The notes beneath the pieces were generated by a model, which was not told the DNA's origin, did no database searches, and saw nothing but the letters and a program-made list of their open reading frames with translations. Below, one piece after another: positions 21,401-29,021 of a DNA stretch of 64,000 nt. Numbering within the stretch: the first letter of the stretch is position 1; each line of letters opens with the position of its first letter. This DNA comes from a virus. Where the stretch lies: positions 23,118 through 87,117 of the IMG/VR virus record IMGVR_UViG_3300036760_000069; one strand, written 5' to 3'. The position numbers and the translations under genes were made by a program.

Positions 21401-24400
21401 ATAGGTCGCTCTCCTCCAGCAACGGGGAGTCCGGGCTCTCTGGGCTGTTGAGGAACCACTCCAGCGCCCTCTTTCCGTCCGGGTACGCGAGGAGGCCGTC
21501 CAGTTTCTGTCGCAGGATGTCGCTGTCCCCCCCCGGCGGTGTGGTCAACCGGCCGTGGTCGAGTCCCCACATCGCCAGTTGGAACAGGTACGGCAGATCC
21601 GGGTCCGGTTTGGCCCCCGCCACCTTCAGCCACCGCTTGGCCTCCACGTTGAGCGGGTGGTCGTTGTTCGTCTGGTCGGGTCGCTTGTCCTTCAACGCTG
21701 GGGCGGTCATCGCGCACCTCCTTGAGGAGATTGAGGGCTTCATAGGGGTTCTCGGCCTTCCCTGTTACCACCTCTACTGAAGGAGAGGGGGCCACTTTAT
21801 CGAAAATCAAGATGCGGTTGTCAAAATCAGTGCCGTATTTCTTGTACCCCTTGCCGGACATGACCACGCTGGCACGAAGCTGGTACTTCTTGGCGAGGGC
21901 GTCGATGGCGCGGGAGACCCCCTCGGACTGCCCCATGAACCCCTCGCCGATCAGGGCGACGAGTCGCCCATTCGGGGCCAGGAGCTTCAGGGCCTGGTCG
22001 ATGTGTTTGCTGATGGCGTTGGTACTCTTGCGCTCGCCCGTGATCCGGCCGGCCGTCGAGGAAAACGGCGGGTTCATCACGATCACCGTGGGCGTGACTT
22101 TGAGGATGTTGGCAATCTGTTCGGCGTTCTCCGTCGTCACCTTGTTGAAGACGATGGTATTGAGGAGTCCGGCCCGCCGCGGCGAAAGTTCGTTGACATC
22201 CACATCGGCCCCGAAGTTCTTGGCGAAGATCGCCAGCCCACCCAAGCCGGCACTTGGCTCCAGCATGACATCCTTGGGGGTGATGTGCGCCGCCCAGTTC
22301 ATCACGAACGCCAGATCCGGGGGGGTCGAGAACTGTTGGAACTCGACCATCTCCGGCGTGCGTCTCGTCCCCTGCGACGGGATCTTGTCCATGATCTGCT
22401 CACGCAGGTAGTTGAGCATCTCCCGCGCTTTTATGAGGCTATAGGTGGTGGGTCTGTAGACGCCATCAGGGCCCAGCATCTCGCCGATGAAGCGGTTGAT
22501 CCCCAGCTCGAGGGCATCATTCAGATCCTTGACGGTGTAGGTGCCGTCCGCCTGTGTGCCCCCAAAGTCCTCATTGGCTCGCGTGACCAGTTGATCCATG
22601 CTGAACGACAGTACACCAGGCGCCGTGTCCTCTTTCAGGCGTTCCTCGACAAAGTAGGCGATGTTCATACTCGCGCCGACGATCTTCTGCTCCGTGGTCG
22701 CTGGAGCTTCAACCGCCGGGATCGTGGGCTCGTCGGGTAAGACCGCGCCGCGCCCGCCCTTGGTGAGCAGGTCCGCCTTCTCCTGATCGGTCATGGCGGG
22801 CTTCGGAGCGGGCAGGCTGGGGGTCGTCGGGCTGGGCGTCTTCGGTTCGCTGGCCTTGACCTGTGAATCGTAGAAGGCATCCAACGCAGACTTCTCGCTC
22901 CCGATCGGACGATCAGGCGTCCCCGGCATGAAGCCCCATTTTGAGCCATCTGGGCGGTAGATGTTCCATTCCTTGCCGGTGCGCCGTGCAGTCCACCCTG
23001 CGGCGAGAAATTCATCCTTGGTCATGTCGGCAGGGTTGGCCGTTGGGACGGTCTTTGTCTCTGGCACCAGCCCAGGCGTCTGAGCTTCGGCCTTCTGCGG
23101 ATACTCGTCAGGGTGGTGCGCGAGCTTGTACTTCGCGTCCTCGATCGCCCGCTCCCATCGTGCCCAGTCGTCCGGGTAGCCGTGCGTTTCAAAGTCGTCG
23201 AGGCCGGCTTGCGCGACTTCGATGATTCGGTATGGATCGCCAGCATTCTCGGCCTTTGTCAGGGCGCGCTTGTGCTTGCGGTAGAGATCCTGCCGGAAGT
23301 CGCCCGTGGGGGCCTTGTCCTCGTCCTTCCAGCCGCCGGGAGGGGGCTTGTCGGCGACGGTCGGACGCTCAGGAGAAGGCAGGCCAGGAGCGGCATGGTG
23401 TTCGGCCTTGGGTGCTTCCGGTTTTGGCTCCTCTGGTGTTTTCTTGGCGACAGGTCGATAGACTTGGATCCCCTCATCCCCTCGTTGAATAGCTTCGTAG
23501 AGACGGTTATTGCCATCAATCACCTCGCCCGCATGATCCAGCACAATCGGGCCATTCGTCATTGACCCTCGCGGAACAAACTCGGCGCCATCCCAGAGCA
23601 TCTCGTTACCTTTACGAAGTGATTCGATCGGCACTCTTGCCTGTTCCCACTGTGAATCGGTGAGATGGGCGTCCTCGTTCTTGTTTGTTTTACGTCCCAG
23701 CTCCGTGTACCCGATAGCGTTCTGAGCGGACTCTGGGAGTTCCTTAAAAGCCAGCGTCTTTATCGATTTGATTTCCTGTTTGGGGATTGGGAATCCTGGT
23801 GCGGCAGGGCGTTCGGCTTTGACTTCTGGTTTTGGCTCCTCTTTTGAGGGCGCAGAACCGGAACCTGCCGGCATCGTCAGCGCATCCTGCACCTGCTTCT
23901 TCTGCTCATCGCTCAGGCCGTTGTACGGGCGCCCGAACAAACCACGTGCTGCCTCGTTCGGCGTGGCATACTTCTTGGGCGAGAGGGCCTCATTCGCCGT
24001 CTGCCCCTTCCCGACCGTGAAGTTCGCCTCGGCGGCGGCGGCGGCCTCCTCCATCGACGGGTAGGTGCCAAGCGTGTCCTTACCGCGAATGTCCCACGCC
24101 TCAAACTGCCCGTCGTCGCGCTCAATGACCATGGCCTTCGGCTTCTCAGGATTGCCGCCGGCCCAGATGTAGGTCGATTCGCCAGGTACGGCCCCATGTT
24201 CCCACCCCGCCGGCAAGCCTGTCGTTGGTTCATTCGCCGGAGCCACACCTTGCTCAGTTTGGGGGGCTGGCAGGCCAGGAACAGGGGTAGGTTGAATGTC
24301 GGAGACCCTATCCGCACGCTTCTTCAGGAACGGTTCGCGTTGAACTGGAGCCAATTCTGGCGGAATGGCGGCTACTTCGGCCTTGGCCCGCGCATTGACC

Positions 24401-26277
24401 TGATCGCCCACCCTGGGTGGACGGGCTTCGGGGCCAGCGGCAGGGGGTGGGGCTTCGATGCCGGGGACGGTTCCCGTAATCTGCTTCACTGAACCAGAAT
24501 CTGTCTCAGCGCGCCGCCCACTTTCTGCGGGGTTAGGCGGTTCTTGTCCTTCAGGTTGTCCTGGCGGTTGGACCGTCCGCCCGCCCTTCTGGGCCGCTTT
24601 GAGGGCGGTATTGTACGCCTCGGTCAGGTCCATGAAGGCCTTTGTCTTGGCGGCCTGCGCCTTTGGGTCTGGGTCTACAAGGTCCGGGCGCATGGACTTA
24701 ACCGCGTTTCGGTACGCGGCCTTCACATCGGCATCCGTCGCCGTGTCAGGGTCCAGCCCAAAGAACTCGAACGCCTTGGCATTGTATTGCTTGGTGGGTT
24801 CGCCGGCCTGGCTCTCCCATCTGGCCCGCACCCCCTCCATGGCGGCCGTCGGGATGCCGAACATCGCCGCCATCGAGACCACATCCTTCCAGTCGTCCCC
24901 AAAGGCAGCTCCGTAGGCGGCCCCCGTGGCGGTCTGGGCGGCAACATGGACGGCCTTTCCGAGTGGGCGTGTGACTTGTCCCACTACGCCTGGTACCGTA
25001 AAGAGCGCGGCGGTTTTAGCCGCTTCGGCGGGAGACTCCTCGGCACCCTTGGTGAATCCCACGATCCCAGGAGCGACGGTTGCGGCGGTCTTTCCGACCA
25101 TCCCGAGAGCGGTCAGTCCTTTGGTGACGGCGGACAACGGGATGCCATATTCAGCCGCGAATCCAGCCAGACCCGAGGCAACCCGATCTGCAATGTCGAG
25201 AGCATCCTGTGTGCTGGTGGTGGCTCCACTCTGCCGATTCGTCTTAGCAGGCAGGTACTTTTCGAGACCATCGGCATAGGAGTTCAAAATCTGGCTGAAC
25301 TCCGGGATGCGCGGATCCTCTGCCATCCGCCGTCGAGTGGCTTCAGGAAGACGGGTCAGGATGTCAGGGAGTGGACCTTCACCGGCTTCCTGTCGGCTCA
25401 TGGTGATGGCGTCGAGTTGTGCGCTGAGTGACCGCAGGAGATTCGCCCCACCCGAATTAACGGCCTGGGCAACTGAGAATGTGAAATTCTCAAGGCTTTG
25501 TGGAGAGGCTGGCCCTTGGCGTTGCGGGGTTGGCAGTCCTGGTACTTGGACGGTCGGACGCAGAACCTCCGGTTGCTCAATCGCCTGTCCGGTAACACGG
25601 GTGGTCGGGATTGCGTTTTTGTCAATCGTGGGCGCGGGTTCTTCAACCGGGTTGCCGGTGATCGTGTCGATCATCTGCCCGCTCTGGGTGACAAAGCGGT
25701 TGGGATGCTCCGGGAGCTTGAACCGCGACGGCCAATGCCCGCTGGCGTCCGGGGTGGCGCCGGCGGTGTAGGCTCCACGGTAGTCGTAGAAGTGTTGCGG
25801 GTCGTCCGGGTTGGGGTTCAGGCCCTGCGTGGCGGCGTGCCCCCCGTACCACTCCTGGAAGGCGGGTTCGTTGAAGGCGGGCTTGGCGGCAACGGGCGCG
25901 GGCGTCGGAGCCGGGCGTGGCTGCGGCACCAGATCCCCGTAGAAGGAGCCGACCTCCTTGGCGGTCTCAATCGGCGAGGTGATGACGTCGACCGCACTCT
26001 TGCCGAGGCTGGCGGCGCCGGTCTTGATGTCCTGCCAGAACCCTTGCGGCTGGGGCGTGGTCTCCAGCCCCTGCACCTGTTGCAGCTCGGCACGCCGTTT
26101 CTGGATATAGGCGTCGAAATCTGGTTTGGGGGCGGTCTGGAGGTGCTTGAGCCACCGCTCATCGCCGGGCAGAGACCCGACCTTCAGCTCGGCGATCGCC
26201 GCCTCGCGGGTCGAGGTGGGGACGAAGTCCCGGAGCCAGGTCGCCGTCTCGTCGTCTTCGAGGAGCGGCCGGGCCAC
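12430..26277 (-). CDS. giant polyvalent (DarB-like) protein: J-like domain, three ParB-like domains, methyltransferase, Strawberry-notch helicase, GHKL ATPase, HExxH motif, helical C-terminus
   Basis: QQFSTP, LEPSAGLG, MNPPFS; GDGTGVGKGR, DEAHN, QGLGRSHRTN; KELVQNATD, DTGTGM, GMFGVA; HEISH. Confidence 0.88.
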   Translation of the reverse strand: MARPLLEDDETATWLRDFVPTSTREAAIAELKVGSLPGDERWLKHLQTAPKPDFDAYIQKRRAELQQVQGLETTPQPQGFWQDIKTGAASLGKSAVDVITSPIETAKEVGSFYGDLVPQPRPAPTPAPVAAKPAFNEPAFQEWYGGHAATQGLNPNPDDPQHFYDYRGAYTAGATPDASGHWPSRFKLPEHPNRFVTQSGQMIDTITGNPVEEPAPTIDKNAIPTTRVTGQAIEQPEVLRPTVQVPGLPTPQRQGPASPQSLENFTFSVAQAVNSGGANLLRSLSAQLDAITMSRQEAGEGPLPDILTRLPEATRRRMAEDPRIPEFSQILNSYADGLEKYLPAKTNRQSGATTSTQDALDIADRVASGLAGFAAEYGIPLSAVTKGLTALGMVGKTAATVAPGIVGFTKGAEESPAEAAKTAALFTVPGVVGQVTRPLGKAVHVAAQTATGAAYGAAFGDDWKDVVSMAAMFGIPTAAMEGVRARWESQAGEPTKQYNAKAFEFFGLDPDTATDADVKAAYRNAVKSMRPDLVDPDPKAQAAKTKAFMDLTEAYNTALKAAQKGGRTVQPPGQPEGQEPPNPAESGRRAETDSGSVKQITGTVPGIEAPPPAAGPEARPPRVGDQVNARAKAEVAAIPPELAPVQREPFLKKRADRVSDIQPTPVPGLPAPQTEQGVAPANEPTTGLPAGWEHGAVPGESTYIWAGGNPEKPKAMVIERDDGQFEAWDIRGKDTLGTYPSMEEAAAAAEANFTVGKGQTANEALSPKKYATPNEAARGLFGRPYNGLSDEQKKQVQDALTMPAGSGSAPSKEEPKPEVKAERPAAPGFPIPKQEIKSIKTLAFKELPESAQNAIGYTELGRKTNKNEDAHLTDSQWEQARVPIESLRKGNEMLWDGAEFVPRGSMTNGPIVLDHAGEVIDGNNRLYEAIQRGDEGIQVYRPVAKKTPEEPKPEAPKAEHHAAPGLPSPERPTVADKPPPGGWKDEDKAPTGDFRQDLYRKHKRALTKAENAGDPYRIIEVAQAGLDDFETHGYPDDWARWERAIEDAKYKLAHHPDEYPQKAEAQTPGLVPETKTVPTANPADMTKDEFLAAGWTARRTGKEWNIYRPDGSKWGFMPGTPDRPIGSEKSALDAFYDSQVKASEPKTPSPTTPSLPAPKPAMTDQEKADLLTKGGRGAVLPDEPTIPAVEAPATTEQKIVGASMNIAYFVEERLKEDTAPGVLSFSMDQLVTRANEDFGGTQADGTYTVKDLNDALELGINRFIGEMLGPDGVYRPTTYSLIKAREMLNYLREQIMDKIPSQGTRRTPEMVEFQQFSTPPDLAFVMNWAAHITPKDVMLEPSAGLGGLAIFAKNFGADVDVNELSPRRAGLLNTIVFNKVTTENAEQIANILKVTPTVIVMNPPFSSTAGRITGERKSTNAISKHIDQALKLLAPNGRLVALIGEGFMGQSEGVSRAIDALAKKYQLRASVVMSGKGYKKYGTDFDNRILIFDKVAPSPSVEVVTGKAENPYEALNLLKEVRDDRPSVEGQATRPDEQRPPAQRGGQAVAEGGGGQTGPGSAVPVPTGDVGTRPRPVDHTAGGGQRHPATETGRPPRVPGRKEGAGVVPQQPREPGLPVAGGERPIQGHEPKAGGGEGTGGPRPAPAGRPADEGNVPAHIPVQSGITVVASSEPESKFPSTTKELTDAVYDEYQPPKVRIPGAKPHPGKLVESAAMADTLPPDPTYTPNLPQDLIDSGALSLAQLETPVYAGQAHELFLSDGTRKGFFLGDGTGVGKGRQISAVILDNFRNGREKAIWVSESSRLIADAKRDWVDIGGDKGQVFELGKTKLGEPIDQPKGIMFTTYATIRSNLMTDKTGKVIPITDKKTNQPKQSRVNQILAWLGKDFDGVIVFDEAHNMQKTTQSMGARGIHQQASIQALAALDLRKQVPKARIVYASATGANSVDTLGYAERLGLWGPGTAFPDQNDFSAKITEGGLGAMEVVARDMKAMGVYIARSLDFSEVTYSTLEHVLTPEQEDIYNGLARAWQVVLANINQALELTGVTEGGKAKNAGAKSTLLSNFWGTELRFFNQVLTAMQMPTVIADMEAKIKDGKAIIAQLVNTNEAGMERQIQNAEQEDGDLENLDLTPRDALMQFLEKSFPTQQYEQYQDEQGNIRSRPVLDHDGNPVQNQDAIQLKQDMLLSVGSLKVPEGPLEFIINTFGPDAVAEVTGRSRRVVRLKDNLGREKTVIQSRSPSLAAHEVDEYLADKKSILVFSDAGGTGRSFHSDRRIKNQRQRWHYGVQPGWRAEKFIQGLGRSHRTNEANAPHYVLVMTNLKGHKRFISTIGRRLDQLGAMTKGERKTGSSGLINAKDNLENKYAQGAVRALVLDAHRGEVPTVDFKEMIEGKMGLTGLVADDGSINEDKIPKVPQFLNRILALEIHDQNAVFDAFSERMEQAIDHAASLGQLDVGLETYKARSVKTIKEQQVYRDPISGATTSMVSMDTKHDVNFVQTKEVEKKEGFQGYVQSNKTEKVFASVYTGTRTDPKTGGVNKHFRLISPVAETYYYVDEDGLSKHYAAINPDAGKALWKKTIDTHPPYREEPLHLISGTLLPIWDRLPQDHVRVMRVQDDTGKRYLGRVVREGDVSAVLRRLGASVDLPTLTPAQAMDTILKKRSKIALVNGWRFERKTVAGETRIEIVGNGVERAWKELEAAGAFREIIQFKTRIFIPTGEKGASAFEKIVANHPVAEIVDSEMGQGEITSHMKAFKTKFKRAGNVVDGRRVVGEASNQSSIKASLTKYEILDGVREVPISAFQDDGKPSFYSRTEKHKVEALANTIKESGEIEPLIVVEDGSKAGPYVLEGGHRFDALKLLGAKSFPAMVVLDTQYGRADVSYIKVVKEEGGHGAAAGIDPNRIKAMGEGLYSEHPSKVIVKELVQNATDGTRGLTDKAGAMVRIEVFPDDHKITIDDTGTGMLPDVAFKELVDFGGSKKTEDAAGMFGVAKVVIFAGADNIDIKTVAYDPARGMVETHLSGSGADWLNQEKGLTATIKAADPDATPGTRVRLKYPDKMEFDTPAIRKWLENVTAFHQMPLKLSASIGGLEINPEKNWKAMGVARTRTLEFQGGEVDFSAAEGTAEMETGKVQILNNGLYQFTINVSFGKGHKLKLPHTILANIRSRRTPGQTGYPFTTNREKLRGDVKDVIRKYLIQDLVTDALDVERETFRKAFEEAPDVPGTDFQFMDTEQTVPPEILKEMADQPHVKQLALMMARAFAPLQKALIPYGDQYGSVVFQGIGIGKYLGVNIGGSSIFKGDQSNYILINPYDIYQDVNGHVLNGRIPPENLAKEFAAMVISTAVHEISHQSVRPHNEAFAAINSYNQARTIKESAAALEVMLGDMGGPNGAKTLLAQIAADVDTLKPFQGEESHDVFEKISTGHERFRGRGLGAAHPEGGEGGGAQSQIPLPGRRQRPAQAVSSRAALPDRRAKRGQPVQGDTLTRAEFEDYLDTLPLKDSFGKLDYNDLHGISGYGDKWTLKAVNPKTLELTTETPTGKYPIIIDGEGGEALDGRRRQYAAINKGVKAILAWVPNEGISKMRRFNERGGVPLGKEVNEGPKPGWFRSANPTIDARVRKAKKGLQPISWKEWAKEHLKQVWRLTSREFEHLPDTAEFSRLRNDLLKLSKQKGIQADRIERELARIVKPLSPMQYDDLEWKALLTDLSHEAAKGNKLPFEYTPDSVTHDLERIDDRVQKDPAIRAAWAARKELWKGLTTDYKKAMDAIGFDVSKKLTKEDYFRHQVLDYAREQRLIAGSGKRLRTPTGRGFLKKREGSTFDINANYIQAEFEVMAQMAYDTQLAKVIKGVDEAHNIRQRLKGEARAANQQTLQKRIDAELAAPGGVSLIDVQMKHFRQRLGMHQHRLRDALDLQPADKLTMEQIQAIANDPESPGQMHALGIFKAIGERKAFIKGVLGKAYKTWQDLVPDGYTLWQPREGNIFYMADTIPAQLAKALHEHALEEVGLTKEMLRTMMAQGGPREQYVVKDEVAVTLDELAQPAPNWFVDLNRAALSHWKQVMLIAPRRVIGYNLRNLSGDSDALFVGNPGAFKKVQQAIKEMWPVMFKDEPLTGEAKEWAERGGYGSTLQVQEMGDLNELKAFRATIDREGKGGALALPVEAFNKYWKAARLGTDYREAMLRYAAYLDYLEQMQGNTEGRPANWGASRRETVMALPDIRDRAFKLSNELLGAYDRVSVAGQTLRRFWYPFWSWQEVNMGRYAHLLRNAFEDADYGAGARGAGVAGKKVAAFLIRAAALWTMLQVWNNFVFDDEERELQDTDPTIANRIHVILGGKREDGSIPVFTGLGALGDALSWFGLDQAPGLVGDYLHGRLTLGEIWQKTWHAPINKVWQGITPLVKDTVDLVGRINTYPDVFNPRPMQSRGDYLAQQATVGQEARALAGKPTKPYLGSDNLTGFLGIRKINPDQAAYQSWQDIEAKYKQRLGKDDGGLYWRTPKGEALQNIALSIKYGDTAAEAKYRAEYKELGGTSKTMHQSLRDKTPLWGLTKNDRDAVVKQLEPAERRILQRAENYYATTMLQVLPEGDRRAFIAKLKAHHWLTPAKPLLADLVPAGEGVFP
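21279..21710 (-). CDS. overprinted 143-aa protein nested in the giant gene
   Basis: AAGGAGGT-GCGCG-ATG; globular-looking translation where the host frame is G/P/R-rich. Confidence 0.7.
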   Translation of the reverse strand: MTAPALKDKRPDQTNNDHPLNVEAKRWLKVAGAKPDPDLPYLFQLAMWGLDHGRLTTPPGGDSDILRQKLDGLLAYPDGKRALEWFLNSPESPDSPLLEESDLSKAMSPRRAAVKVLEALDLRLRDDPRMKGTYPPIYPFSPG

Positions 26278-26280
26278 GGC

Positions 26281-27480
26281 CTACCCTTGACGGCTACCGA
26301 GAATCGCCGGACTCACCAAGTCGGACTGGCGGCGCGCACGGGGAATACCAGACCCCCCGCCAGGAGCCGCTCGGAATCCACGCGGCTTGTGCGTGAAGTT
26401 CTGCTCAAGGACAGCGCGTTCGCCGCGGGTCGTCCCCTTGTCCAGCCAATGCGTCAAGCCAGCATGCAGATCCTTGTCGGTGATCTGCCCGTTCTCGTCC
26501 ATGGCGAGCCCCAGCACGTTCTGGCGGAAGTCCGCCAGTTGCTTTTCGTAATACTGTTGCGTGCCCTGCATCTCCAAGAGCTTCGCCTCGATCCCTGGCA
26601 CCTTCTCTGGATCGGCGTTCTTGGCAATGTCGAGTTGCTGTTTGAGGTGCCGCGCCTGATAGACATGCTGGGCAAGGCTCGACTCCAACCCCTTATAGCC
26701 CGCCATCTCCTCCTTGAGCTGGAGCATGAAGTTGTCCCGCGCCTTGGCTTGCTGGCCCATCTGCCGGTACTTGCTGATCGTGGCAGGGTCAGCTTTGTCC
26801 GGGAACTCCTCGGCCTGTTGGAGCGGTCCACCGCCAGCCAGGGTGGCCTCGGCGCCGCCCGTCGGTCCCTGCATCGCCAGCGTCTGCGGTTTCGCCGCCA
26901 GCACATCCGCTCGCGGGGGCGGCTCCATCGCCTGCGCCGCCTCCACGCCAGGGTTGTTGGGGTTCTCGTCCGCCGGAATCACTTCCTCGCCTTGATGAAG
27001 CATGGCCGGGCCGGTGCGCGGCACCAACGGCGTGCCCTGCGCGTAGGCAGGCATGTTTGACATGCCACCCATTTGCTCCGACGCCGTATTGTCAGGAGTC
27101 AGAGGGGCACCATCTCGATTCAACGTAAACTGAAACGGATCTTGGGGGGGCAACTGTGCGGGGCCCTCATCAACCTTTTCTGTCACAGGAGCGTCCGGCA
27201 CGCCGCCCATGGACGTTGCATCCGGTGCGCTGGTCGCCGGTTTAGGTCGGTACGTCTTTGACGGAGCTTGCGGATCTCGTCCGCCCGCCTCGAAATCAAA
27301 CTTGTCGCGGGCCAGCTTGTCCGCACTTTCACCCCGCGCTTTCAAGTCGTCAATGTGTTTCTGGTAGGCCTGGTTCCGCTTGTGCGCGAGGTAGAACTGC
27401 ATGATCTGTGGAACGGCGTGCGCGATCCCGCCGGCGATGGCATCCGCACGCGGCGGCTTTTTAAGCTGATACGGGGGCAT
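26281..27480 (-). CDS. putative DNA ejection protein (block B)
   Basis: Position; helical and Pro-rich; YAQGTPLVPRTGPAMLHQGEEVIP motif. Confidence 0.55.
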   Translation of the reverse strand: MPPYQLKKPPRADAIAGGIAHAVPQIMQFYLAHKRNQAYQKHIDDLKARGESADKLARDKFDFEAGGRDPQAPSKTYRPKPATSAPDATSMGGVPDAPVTEKVDEGPAQLPPQDPFQFTLNRDGAPLTPDNTASEQMGGMSNMPAYAQGTPLVPRTGPAMLHQGEEVIPADENPNNPGVEAAQAMEPPPRADVLAAKPQTLAMQGPTGGAEATLAGGGPLQQAEEFPDKADPATISKYRQMGQQAKARDNFMLQLKEEMAGYKGLESSLAQHVYQARHLKQQLDIAKNADPEKVPGIEAKLLEMQGTQQYYEKQLADFRQNVLGLAMDENGQITDKDLHAGLTHWLDKGTTRGERAVLEQNFTHKPRGFRAAPGGGSGIPRARRQSDLVSPAILGSRQG

Positions 27481-27772
27481 GGCTCACCTCCTCACGTTGC
27501 TCGACCTGAATAAACCGATACCCACATTCCGGCACCGTCGCAATTCCCACCGGCACCTGTGGAAAGATCCGACAGAGATCCGGGCGCGTCTCGTAGATGC
27601 GGCACTTCGCCATCCCGTTCTCCCAGATCAGTTCCGAACACTCACCGCTCCCGTCCGCCTTGAGGGCGGGAAACACCACCGACACCTGCGGGTTGCCTTG
27701 AAAGGCCGCCAGACTGCAGCAGCGCCCGCAGAAGCGTGAGCATGATCCGGTGCGCGTGAGCGGTTCAGGCAT
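27461..27772 (-). CDS. YkgJ-family CxxCxxCC cysteine-cluster protein
   Basis: CSRFCGRCC...C..L...CRIYETRPDLCRIFP. Confidence 0.85.
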   Translation of the reverse strand: MPEPLTRTGSCSRFCGRCCSLAAFQGNPQVSVVFPALKADGSGECSELIWENGMAKCRIYETRPDLCRIFPQVPVGIATVPECGYRFIQVEQREEVSHAPVSA

Positions 27773-28190
27773 TGGCCGCCCTCGATATTTGATGTCTATT
27801 CCGGTCGCACATTCGACATCGACGCCTCACTCCTTGATGGATAGCCGTATTGGCTTTGTCGTAAACGTGACCTTTCGGACACGCTTTTTTCGCTGCATTC
27901 ATAGCCGCAATCGTATCGCCTCGGAGGACGTTTACTTTTCCTGTCACAACCTCTAGATGATCTGGATTGACACAGCGGATGTTCCGACATAGATGGTCGA
28001 TCTGTAGGCCGTCAGGTATCGGCCCGTGCGCCAGTTCGTAAGCGAAGCGATGCGCGTATACCTGTCGCGTGCCGTTCCAAAATACGCCGTACCGGTTGCC
28101 ATTGGCAGCGCCTGTCCAGACATCGCAGTCCCTGATACTTTGTACGAACAAGGCAAAACGCTCTGCTGCTGGTTTATGTGGTCTGCTCAC
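27765..28190 (-). CDS. HNH homing endonuclease
   Basis: AHRFAYE..GPIPDGLQIDHLCRNIRCVNPDHLE; CPKGH. Confidence 0.92.
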   Translation of the reverse strand: MSRPHKPAAERFALFVQSIRDCDVWTGAANGNRYGVFWNGTRQVYAHRFAYELAHGPIPDGLQIDHLCRNIRCVNPDHLEVVTGKVNVLRGDTIAAMNAAKKACPKGHVYDKANTAIHQGVRRRCRMCDRNRHQISRAANA

Positions 28191-29019
28191 GCATTCCTTC
28201 TCCGACTGGGGTACAGTATTTCAGCGTCTTAAACAGAGCTGCACGGGTCGCTTCGTGCTCCTCAAAGGAGCGGGCAATGTTCGGAATCAGCGCCCCGTCG
28301 CGTTTGGGGCAGGATACTTGCTCACCACGATGGTTGGAATTTAAACAATTGTAGCATGTGACCATGCGATCAGGATTGACACTTTCGATATTATCTACAT
28401 ACCTGCGCCGATCGAATGGAAGATCGTAATGAGCGATATAGGCCCACACATCATCATCAGTCCAATCACTTAGCGGGAAGGCGACCATCGTGGTCGCGTA
28501 CTGCACGCAGGGCATCATCGGCCCCGACCGATCCGCCAAATGAAACGGGTCGCCTTCCTTCGATCCCATGATCGTCAAATCCCATGGGTAGTCGGTGGCG
28601 AGGGCCTTGGGGCGGAGCAGGAAATCGTCAATGGCGCAGAAGTACCGCTCGCCGTCCGACGGCTTGTACGCCCGGATGCCGTCCACCATGATGATGTTGT
28701 CGCTCAGGCCACACCGATAGAAGTCCAGAATCTCAAAGTAGTCCCCTTGCTGGTATTCGATGGTCGCCGACGGCATCAGGTCGAACACCTCCAGATCCCA
28801 CTCGCGGGCCACTTGGTAGGCATGTTCAAACTGCGCCTGAAACTTGGCGTGGCGAAAGAACAGCACCGGCACCTTCTTTTTGATCCGCAAGGCGAGATGC
28901 AGGGCGACAATGGAGTCCTTGCCGAAACTACAACAGACCACAGGCCGCGCCGACGTCGACAGATGGGCCGCCATCCGTGCGAGGGTCCGAGATTCCATCT
29001 CTTTCATCATCGTGTCCAT
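28174..29019 (-). CDS. PAPS-reductase-family (PP-loop) protein
   Basis: CSFGKDSIV PP-loop; FPLSDWTDDDVWAYI; C-terminal CYNC...CP. Confidence 0.85.
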   Translation of the reverse strand: MDTMMKEMESRTLARMAAHLSTSARPVVCCSFGKDSIVALHLALRIKKKVPVLFFRHAKFQAQFEHAYQVAREWDLEVFDLMPSATIEYQQGDYFEILDFYRCGLSDNIIMVDGIRAYKPSDGERYFCAIDDFLLRPKALATDYPWDLTIMGSKEGDPFHLADRSGPMMPCVQYATTMVAFPLSDWTDDDVWAYIAHYDLPFDRRRYVDNIESVNPDRMVTCYNCLNSNHRGEQVSCPKRDGALIPNIARSFEEHEATRAALFKTLKYCTPVGEGMREQTT

Positions 29020-29021
29020 GG

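Noticed and set aside
14287-27060. Long plus-strand ORFs (e.g. 14287-15882, 17878-19233, 25498-27060)
   Set aside because: Antisense shadows of GC3-rich genes, with no motifs
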